In this document: positions 53,061-60,331 of the stretch, one piece after another | Layout: each line of letters begins with the position of its first letter | How positions within the stretch are numbered: the stretch's first letter is position 1 | Origin: Kiritimatiellia bacterium | GTDB lineage: Bacteria > Verrucomicrobiota > Kiritimatiellia > PWTM01 | DNA length: 64,000 bases | Direction: 5' to 3' | Assembly: GCA_026417735.1 (NCBI GenBank) | Contig: JAOACR010000009.1 | Coordinates: 139,641 to 203,640 of the forward strand | Notes under the pieces: model-generated | What the model saw: only the letters and a program-made list of their open reading frames with translations | Told to the model about the DNA's origin: nothing | Databases searched by the model: none | Position numbers and translations under genes: made by a program

Positions 53061-53512
53061 TCGTTGTCGACCTTCGGGAGATTGCCGGCCGCACATATCC
53101 GGCACGGCGGCGAACGCAAAATCTGGTTGGTGGTGCCTCACCGATTCAGTCCCCTCACTTCGCGATGGGCCACGTCACGCTGGAACCGAACGGCGGCCAG
53201 GTGCCCTGGCACAACCAGCCGCAGGAGGAAGTCTACTTCGTGATTGAAGGCCGGGGCGAGATGTGCCTGGGCCCGGAACGCCGGGAGCTGGTCAGCGGCC
53301 AGGCGGTGTGGATCCCGCCGGGCGTCTTTCACCAGATCACGAACATCGGCGACAGCCCACTGCGACTGATCTACGTCTATGCGCCCGGCGGCGATGTCGC
53401 CCACTGGCGCCAGGAGCTGGACGGCACGCTACCGCGCGCCGGCATCGAGGCGCCGCCACTGCCGGCCGGCGCTCGCCCGCAGTGGCCGTCCCGGGAGAGC
53501 GGCGGTTCATGA
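53057..53512 (+). CDS. cupin domain protein
   Basis: GGQVPWHNQPQEEVYFVIEGRGEM...VWIPPGVFHQITNIG is a classic two-motif cupin. It has 4-nt overlaps with both neighbours. Confidence 0.8.
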   Translation: MIVVDLREIAGRTYPARRRTQNLVGGASPIQSPHFAMGHVTLEPNGGQVPWHNQPQEEVYFVIEGRGEMCLGPERRELVSGQAVWIPPGVFHQITNIGDSPLRLIYVYAPGGDVAHWRQELDGTLPRAGIEAPPLPAGARPQWPSRESGGS

Positions 53513-54687
53513 ACAACCAGAACACCATCGAACTGGGTGTGATCGTCAACGGCGTGACCGGTCGGATGGGTACCCACCAGCATCTGCGCCGCTCACTGAT
53601 CGCAATTCAGCGCCAGGGGGGAGTACCCCTCCCCGACGGCCGGCGCGTGACCCTTCGCCTGTTGCTGGTGGGTCGCAGTCCGGAAAAGCTCGCGGCGCTC
53701 GCGACGGAAGCCGGCGAGGAAACCCAATGGACCACCGACCTCGACTCGGCGCTCGCGGATCGGCGCTATTCAGTGTACTTCGACGCGCAGACCACCGACC
53801 GCCGCGCGGCGGCGCTGCGGCGCGCCATTTCGGCCCACAAGCACGTGTACGCGGAAAAGCCGGTCGCGATGACCACGACGGAGGCGATCGAGCTGTGGCG
53901 GGCCGCGGAGACGGCCGGCCTGTGCAACGGCGTCGTGCAGGACAAACTGTGGTTGCCCGGGCTGCGCAAAATGCGCCGCCTCGTCGACAGCGGCTATTTC
54001 GGCCGATTGCTCTCCGTCCGCGGTGAGTTTGGCTACTGGGTGTTCGACGGCCATGACGTCCCCCCGCAGCGGCCCTCCTGGAACTACCGCCGCGAAGACG
54101 GGGGCGGCATCATCCTCGACATGTTTGCCCACTGGCGGTACGTGCTGGATCGCATTTTTGCGCCAGTCCGCGCGGTATGTTGTCTCGGCGCAACGCATCT
54201 GCCGGAGCGTTGGGACGAGCGCGGTCAGCGCTACGCGTGCACTGCGGAGGATGCGGCCTACGCGATGTTCGAGCTCGACGGAGGGGTGATCGCGACGATC
54301 AACGCCTCCTGGTGTGTGCGCGTCCGTCGCGACGATTTGCTCACACTGCAGGCGGACGGCACCGCCGGCAGCGCGGTCGCTGGGCTGCGGCGCTGCTGGA
54401 TTCAGCCCGCCGCCGGCACGCCCCGCCCGGTCTGGAACCCCGACGTCGATCAGCCCCTAAACTTTTTTGACTCGTGGCTGGAAGTGCCGGACCAGGAAAC
54501 CTACGACAACGCGTTCAAGGCGCAGTGGGAGGCATTTCTCGCCCACGTGGTGACCGGCTCACCATTTCCGTGGACGCTATTGGAAGGCGCGAAGGGCGTC
54601 CAGCTCGCCGAGCTCGCCCACCGTTCCTGGCGCGAGCGGCGATGGATCGACGTTCCGAAGCTCGGCGCTGAGGAGCCAGCACAATGA
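53509..54687 (+). CDS. Gfo/Idh/MocA-family oxidoreductase
   Basis: The ATG at 53509 overlaps the cupin stop (ATGA). GVIVNGVTGRMG Rossmann start and YAEKPVAMT motif. Confidence 0.8.
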   Translation: MNNQNTIELGVIVNGVTGRMGTHQHLRRSLIAIQRQGGVPLPDGRRVTLRLLLVGRSPEKLAALATEAGEETQWTTDLDSALADRRYSVYFDAQTTDRRAAALRRAISAHKHVYAEKPVAMTTTEAIELWRAAETAGLCNGVVQDKLWLPGLRKMRRLVDSGYFGRLLSVRGEFGYWVFDGHDVPPQRPSWNYRREDGGGIILDMFAHWRYVLDRIFAPVRAVCCLGATHLPERWDERGQRYACTAEDAAYAMFELDGGVIATINASWCVRVRRDDLLTLQADGTAGSAVAGLRRCWIQPAAGTPRPVWNPDVDQPLNFFDSWLEVPDQETYDNAFKAQWEAFLAHVVTGSPFPWTLLEGAKGVQLAELAHRSWRERRWIDVPKLGAEEPAQ

Positions 54688-55463
54688 ATGCCGATGCGGC
54701 GCGGCGGGTGGCGCTGGTCACCGGCGGCCGTCGCGGGATCGGACTGGGGATCGCCCGGGCGCTGGCGGCGGAGGGGTTCGACCTCGCCGTCTGCGGTGTG
54801 AGCGCCGATCCGGGTGAGGGCCTCGCCGCGTTGGCCGGTCCCGGCACCGAAGTCTTCTACGTTCGCTGCGACGTGGCGACGGCGGCTGACCGCGCACGGC
54901 TGCTCGACGCGGTTCGCGAACGGTTTGGCCGGCTGCATGTGCTGGTCAACAACGCCGGCATCGCCCCGGCGGTGCGCGCCGATCTGCTGGAGATGACCGA
55001 AAGCTCGTTCGAACACGTGCTGCGCACGAACCTCCAGGGACCGTTTTTCCTCACGCAGGCGGTTGCGCGCTGGATGCTGGCCCAGTGCGGGGAGGACCCG
55101 AGCTGGTGCGGCTGCATCGTGAACGTCACTTCGATCTCCGCCACCGCCGCCTCGGTACGCCGGGGGGAGTACTGTATCTCGAAGGCCGGTGCGGCGATGG
55201 CGTCGAAACTCTGGGCCGCGCGGCTGGCGGAACACGGAATCCCCGTCTACGAAGTGCGCCCCGGCATCATCCGAACCGATATGACCGCGCCGGTTCGCGA
55301 GCTCTACGACCGGCGCATTGCGGAGGGGCTGGTGCCGCAGCGGCGCTGGGGAGAGCCGGAGGACGTCGGACGGGCGGTCGCGATGTTGGCACGGGGTGAT
55401 CTCGGCTTTTCCACCGGTGCGGTGATCTACGTGGATGGCGGGTTTTCGATCGAGCGGCTCTGA
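54684..55463 (+). CDS. short-chain dehydrogenase/reductase (KduD/FabG-like)
   Basis: VALVTGGRRGIGLGIA (TGxxxGxG), NNAG and YCISKAG (YxxxK) motifs. ATGA overlap with the upstream gene. Confidence 0.85.
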   Translation: MNADAARRVALVTGGRRGIGLGIARALAAEGFDLAVCGVSADPGEGLAALAGPGTEVFYVRCDVATAADRARLLDAVRERFGRLHVLVNNAGIAPAVRADLLEMTESSFEHVLRTNLQGPFFLTQAVARWMLAQCGEDPSWCGCIVNVTSISATAASVRRGEYCISKAGAAMASKLWAARLAEHGIPVYEVRPGIIRTDMTAPVRELYDRRIAEGLVPQRRWGEPEDVGRAVAMLARGDLGFSTGAVIYVDGGFSIERL

Positions 55464-55481
55464 CGAGCGCGCACTCCGTCC

Positions 55482-58400
55482 TCAAGTGTGGGGTGCCTCT
55501 TGCCCCTCTGCAGCCGCACCACCGCGTCGCAGGCGTCGCACCGCCAGCATCAGTGCGCCGCCCGCCGCCAGCAGCGTCACGAGACCGGGCTCGGGCACGA
55601 GCGCGATCTGGTTCGCGCCACCGTAGTTGTAGTCCAACCACATGCCGGGCGGCATCTTCTTGATTTGCGAAAACTGCCCCACCAGATGGCCGTAGGTTGC
55701 CAACACGTACACCGGCGCCGTCAGAGGATACGTCGGTGCGAACGAGAACGTCGCGCCCGTGAGATCGAGTGTCTGCCCCACGTTCAGCAGATCGGCATCG
55801 GCATGCCGCAACTCGATCTCGAGCGTGCCGGCCAGCGTCACGTTGCCGTCCACCGTCAGCGTTCCAACCGAACGGCCCGGCGCCAGCACGCCGGCGGCCT
55901 GCACGTCCACATCGCCCCGGATCCGGCCTTCCCCGCTCAAAGTCGCGCTCAGACCGCCCAGCGGCTCCACCCGCACCCGCCCGAACGGCCCGGACTCCGT
56001 ATTGATACGCAGGGTACCCTGCTCAACGACCGTGTCGCCGAAGTAGTTCAGTTCGCCGGTCAGCGTCAGCCGTCCGACCCCGCCCTTCCGCAAACCACCC
56101 CCTCCGTTGATCCAGTTCGTCATCGTCACATCGTCGCTGCGGACAACCGCGAGGGTCCCTTCATTGATGATGCCGCCCGCATACGAGCCGGCCGTCCCGC
56201 CCATGCCCAGCTGGACCGTCCCCTCCTGAATGGTCAGCGTGCCTGGGTTATCCTGATCGGAGGTCAGAATCAGCGTTCCCTCGCCGACCTTCGACACCAC
56301 GCCGCTGCCGGTGAAGCGCCCGCCGAACATGCCCCCCCGCACCACCAACATACCGCTGCTGCCGGCCCCGATCTGCACTACGCCACCGAGCGGCCCGCCC
56401 CCGGTGAGCTGCCCGACGTATGCGGCGTTTTCGATCAGCAACCGTGCGCCGGTCGCATTCGCGAGCGCGACCGCTCCCCATTGGGGCAGCGACATCTGGT
56501 CCACCACCAGCGTGCCCCCCTGAATGGTCGTGCCTCCCGTGTACAGATTGTTCCCTCGCAGCGCCAGTTGTCCCGAGCCGCTCTTAACCACCGCGCCGCC
56601 ACCGGTGATGGCCCCCCCAAAGCTATCGAGCCCGTCGGTCGCGATCGTGAGGGTGCCATTGCCGAGCAACACGGCGCCCCCCGCCCCGTTCAACGATCCC
56701 ACCGTCACGGAATGGCCGTTCAGATCGAGCCTCGCGTCGGGAGGGTCCCCGAGCGTCACCGCGCCGCCGGCCGGCAACGCGGCGGCGGAGCCGAGCCGCA
56801 GCGTACCCTCCTGCACAATCGTTCCGCCGGCGTACGCGTTGTTGCCGGCGAGGGTCAACGTGCCGGGGCCGCTCTTCACGAGGCCGCCCGCCCCGGAGAT
56901 CGCGCCGGTGTAACTGCCGCTCTGCACCGTCAGCGTGCCCGCACGCAGCACAATGTTCCCTCCCGCCTGTCCCCCGCCGGTCAGTGAGCCAATCGTCAGC
57001 GACTGTCCGTTGAGATCAAGCGTGGTGCCGGCGCTGTTCGCAAGCGTCACCGCGCCGCCGGCCGGCAACGCGGCGGACGATGCAAGCTGCAGCGTGCCTC
57101 CCTGAATCGTCGTACCGCCTTCGTAGACATTATTCCCGCCCAGTACGAGCGTCCCCCCACCGCTCTTCACCACGGCGCCCGCGCCGGAAATCGCACCGGA
57201 GAAGCTGCCGCCCTGGACCGTCAGCGTGCCGGCGCCCAGCGTGATGTGGCCGCCAAGGGCCCCGCCGCCAGTGAGCCATCCAATCATCGCCGAGTGGCCG
57301 TTGAGATTGAGCGTGACACCCGGCACGTTCGCGATGCTCACGCTGCCGTTCGCCGGCAACGCGGAGGAGGAATCGACGTTCAGTGTGCCGCCGCTGATCG
57401 TCGTTCCGCCGGCGTAGGAATTGCTGCCGGAGAGAGTGAGCGCGCCGGACCCCGTCTTCGTAACCGAGCCGGCGCCCGAAATTGGGCCCGCAAACGAGCC
57501 GCTCTGAACCGTGAGCGCTCCGCTGCCGAGCGCAATACCGGCACTGGTCCCTCCGCCCGTGAGCGAACTCACCGTCGCGGTGTAACCGTTGAGATCCAGC
57601 AACGTGCCCGCCAGCGGCGACAGGGACACTGTCGCACCACTGGGCAGCGCGCCGTTCGCCCCGAGCCGTAGCGTGCCGGATCCGACAAACAGTGGCCCGG
57701 AAAACACGTTCGTGCCGCTCAGCACGACGGTGCCCATCCCCGTCACCGTCAGCGCACCTGCGCCGGACATCTGACCCGCAAACGTCACTACACCGCCCGC
57801 CGACCACAGCAGCGTTGGACGGTTGACCGTAACGGCACCGGAAAACGTGGAGCTGCCCGTCGCGTGGTTGGCGCCGAGCACGGCGATCGCGCCGTAGTTC
57901 TGCACGGTAATGCTTTTCGAGATCGTTACATTGTTCGCATCGGTCAGCAGAAGCATCCGTGCCTGCGCCGCGGTGCCCGTGTCGCCCAGCACGACCGGCG
58001 CGGGGCTGGCGCCGAGGCCGCCGCTGTGCGCGACCAGCAGTGTGCCCTGACGCACCCCGAAAGCGTCGGTCACATCACTGGCCGCATTTAGTCGCACGGC
58101 ACCAGTGTCGGGAGCAGTGGGATCGAAGCTGCTGATCACCGGCGCGTTCGACCCGGTCACCCCCCCAGCCAGCGCCAGCAGCGCGCCGGCGCCGGTGGCG
58201 ATCACTTGCCGGCCGTTGAGCAGGTTCACTGCCGGGTAGAGCGTGATCGTGCCGGCCCCACTCAACGCGCGCGCTTCAATGGCCAGAGACTGATAGTGCG
58301 AGATTGAATTGAACCTCAGCGGGTCCTGCACGTAGACGACCCAGCCGGCGTGGTTGAAGCGAAGCTGCCCCAGGCCGTTCACCATATTGGCATTTTGGAT

Positions 58401-58535
58401 CGGCATGCCGTTGGTGCTCGGATGATTGAAAATCGCCCGCTCGTCCGGATCGTCCGGCATGTAGGACGCACCGCCAACCCAGTTGGCCACTGAGTTCCAG
58501 TTGCCGTTGCCCTGAGCGGCGGGACGCACCCACAC
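55482..58535 (-). CDS. autotransporter-associated beta-strand repeat (PATR) protein with C-terminal PEP-CTERM sorting signal; 5' signal-peptide exon-like piece separated by in-frame TGA
   Basis: Gly/Thr-rich beta-helix-like repeats (GTLTLSGSNSYAGGTTISGGTL...). C-terminus VPEPGLVTLLAAGGALMLAVRRLRRGG (PEP + TM + basic). Upstream and in frame, ATG at 58610 encodes MSQWGGAWIGVVAGAVRLA, followed by TGA at 58551-58553. Confidence 0.85.
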   Translation of the reverse strand: MWVRPAAQGNGNWNSVANWVGGASYMPDDPDERAIFNHPSTNGMPIQNANMVNGLGQLRFNHAGWVVYVQDPLRFNSISHYQSLAIEARALSGAGTITLYPAVNLLNGRQVIATGAGALLALAGGVTGSNAPVISSFDPTAPDTGAVRLNAASDVTDAFGVRQGTLLVAHSGGLGASPAPVVLGDTGTAAQARMLLLTDANNVTISKSITVQNYGAIAVLGANHATGSSTFSGAVTVNRPTLLWSAGGVVTFAGQMSGAGALTVTGMGTVVLSGTNVFSGPLFVGSGTLRLGANGALPSGATVSLSPLAGTLLDLNGYTATVSSLTGGGTSAGIALGSGALTVQSGSFAGPISGAGSVTKTGSGALTLSGSNSYAGGTTISGGTLNVDSSSALPANGSVSIANVPGVTLNLNGHSAMIGWLTGGGALGGHITLGAGTLTVQGGSFSGAISGAGAVVKSGGGTLVLGGNNVYEGGTTIQGGTLQLASSAALPAGGAVTLANSAGTTLDLNGQSLTIGSLTGGGQAGGNIVLRAGTLTVQSGSYTGAISGAGGLVKSGPGTLTLAGNNAYAGGTIVQEGTLRLGSAAALPAGGAVTLGDPPDARLDLNGHSVTVGSLNGAGGAVLLGNGTLTIATDGLDSFGGAITGGGAVVKSGSGQLALRGNNLYTGGTTIQGGTLVVDQMSLPQWGAVALANATGARLLIENAAYVGQLTGGGPLGGVVQIGAGSSGMLVVRGGMFGGRFTGSGVVSKVGEGTLILTSDQDNPGTLTIQEGTVQLGMGGTAGSYAGGIINEGTLAVVRSDDVTMTNWINGGGGLRKGGVGRLTLTGELNYFGDTVVEQGTLRINTESGPFGRVRVEPLGGLSATLSGEGRIRGDVDVQAAGVLAPGRSVGTLTVDGNVTLAGTLEIELRHADADLLNVGQTLDLTGATFSFAPTYPLTAPVYVLATYGHLVGQFSQIKKMPPGMWLDYNYGGANQIALVPEPGLVTLLAAGGALMLAVRRLRRGGAAAEGQEAPHT
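56440..57600 (-). repeat. tandem ~288-291-nt (96-97-aa) coding repeats inside the PATR gene
   Basis: At least four consecutive units of the form LDLNG.....SLTGGG...G.GTLTVQ.GSF.G.ISGAG.V.K.G.G.L.L.G.N.Y.GGT.I.GGTL. The identical 25-mer GCGCCGCCGGCCGGCAACGCGGCGG occurs at 56761 and 57052. Confidence 0.7.
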
Positions 58536-58745
58536 AAAGTCGCCCTGCGCTCAGGCGAGGCGAACCGCTCCCGCCACCACGCCGATCCATGCCCCACCCC
58601 ACTGGCTCATCACCTTGACCTCCCACAACGATGATGAAGTGGCGACCTCAGCGGCCTGTTAGCAAAGGGGCGGCCGTCTGTCAACCTCGTTTGCTCAACC
58701 CAATCCTGAGATCGGCTTCGCGTCGACCGCCGCAAAACACCGCAA

Positions 58746-59453
58746 CTAGGGACCCACCCACGCCTGCACGGTGGCGATGCTGCCGTGATAGAAAAAACGA
58801 CCCCAGCCCACCGTCATCACCGTCAGGCCGTACAACGCGTGTTCAAGAGCCGAAGCCCACGCCGACCTGGTCGTCAGATAAGTGCGCGCAAACAACCAGC
58901 CCCCGAAGAAACTCAGCAGCGGTGCCCAGACATTGAGAAACACCAGGTGCATCAGCGCAAACGCGAACGCGGCGGCGAGCACGGCGAGTTCCGGCCGCCG
59001 GAACAGCAGCGCATAGCGGTGCAGGAAGAAAACGCGATAGACGAGGGTCTGCGGCACCACGGAGAGCCAGGGATAAAACCCCACCACCAGCGCCCAAACA
59101 AATGGCCGGTCTCGCGGCAGACGAAAGAGCAGCCGGGGCTCCACCACCGCCAGCATGCCGGTGAGCACCACGCTGGCCGCAAGCCACCTCAACAGTCGCC
59201 GTCGCCAACCACCGTCGCGGAGACGCCGAACCACCCAGACCGACCGGTCAAACGACGGATCGCGCCACAGCCCGAGACCCAACCCGATGGCGCCCAGCCA
59301 CAGCCACGGCAGCACCGCCCGGCCGGGACGCACCAACGCCAGTGCCAGCGGCGGCCCGATGCAAAACACCGCCATCTCCAGCGCTCGGAGCACTCTGCGT
59401 CCACCGTCTGCTTGCGCCAGTTCCTTCACCATGGGGGTCGCGTCAATCGGCAC
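58746..59453 (-). CDS. CPBP-family intramembrane glutamic endopeptidase (CAAX protease/Abi-like)
   Basis: Multi-TM protein. Late FAFALMHL and ALEHALYG His-containing motifs typical of the CPBP/Rce1-like fold. Confidence 0.7.
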   Translation of the reverse strand: MPIDATPMVKELAQADGGRRVLRALEMAVFCIGPPLALALVRPGRAVLPWLWLGAIGLGLGLWRDPSFDRSVWVVRRLRDGGWRRRLLRWLAASVVLTGMLAVVEPRLLFRLPRDRPFVWALVVGFYPWLSVVPQTLVYRVFFLHRYALLFRRPELAVLAAAFAFALMHLVFLNVWAPLLSFFGGWLFARTYLTTRSAWASALEHALYGLTVMTVGWGRFFYHGSIATVQAWVGP

Positions 59454-59649
59454 GCATTGTGAAAACTGTACCAGCGCTCGGACCGTGGTGCGACGGCCCG
59501 CTTCCGTTGCGCTGGGTGCGGCGCCGTCTTCGGAACGCGAGGAGCGTCCTGATCGCGGTGGTCACCACTGTCGGCCGCAACGAGATCGAGCCGCCGGCCC
59601 GGCATCCGGACCTGTTGCGCCGAAACCTCACGGCGCGGGTGTCCGTTCG

Positions 59650-60060
59650 AAATCAACGCCGGGCGGAAGAGATCAGCTCGCCGGAACTTTCGTGGTACGT
59701 GCATCCCCCTTATTTTTCGCGCGCCGGGCTGAGGGCGGAGTGGTCTTCCACGCGCCCGTCGGTGGCGCGACGACGCCACCGTCAGGCTACCCGCGCTGTG
59801 AGTTGCGCGAAGTGGACCGGCACAAACCGGCTTGCCGCATGGGACGCCCGGGGCACGCCGAGACGACAGCCCGAGGTCGTCGCCGCGGCGAGGCGATTGC
59901 CGCGTGTTCCTTTCCCTGCCGTCATGCGCACGTCCAGAACGCGGACGACGACGTGCCGATAATCCGGCTCGAAGTTGAGGGGCTGCTCATCGAACGAGAC
60001 GGCCAGCCGGCCGTCGCGCTCGATCGCGGCGACGCGCGCCGGGACCTCGCTGAGTATTGC
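59650..60060 (+). pseudogene. polysaccharide lyase family 7 (alginate lyase 2)-like remnant, apparently frameshifted
   Basis: One frame reads ...GGVVFHAPVGGATTPPSGYPRCELREV..., resembling the PL7 (F.AP..G.TT..S.YPRSELRE) block, and later DDDVPIIRLEVEGLLIERDGQPAVALD. The preceding SPELSWYVHPPYFSRAG is in another frame. No clean start or intact C-terminal half was found. Confidence 0.35.
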
Positions 60061-60331
60061 GCATGGAGGCTGGCGGGGTTCGCTCCACGTCGGGTACGAC
60101 GGCATGCTCCGACTCGACCGGCCCCTCGCTGCAACAGGCGCCTCGGCAGACCAACTCGGCCTGCGGCGACCGGCCGGACGAAATGGCAGAGGTCGTTCTG
60201 TGCCGGCTGGAGCTCCGTTCCTCCCGCCATTTCGATAACCGGCCTCTTTCGGTTGTGCGGTCCGCTCGACACCACAAGAGGCGTCCGCCACGCGTACACG
60301 GCTGGGGTTCCGCGCGGTCCGGAAGGGATGT

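Noticed and set aside
56440-57600. Regularly spaced repeats considered as a possible CRISPR-like array.
   Set aside because: The period is ~290 nt, with no short repeat/spacer alternation. The repeats are in frame and encode the Gly/Thr-rich PATR units of a single large protein.
58551-58553. TGA in the PEP-CTERM gene as selenocysteine or another recoding event.
   Set aside because: The codon sits at a signal-peptide cleavage region, where Sec has no rationale. I could not fold a SECIS-like hairpin immediately downstream, and no sel genes are in the window. A nonsense mutation or a sequencing error is more parsimonious.
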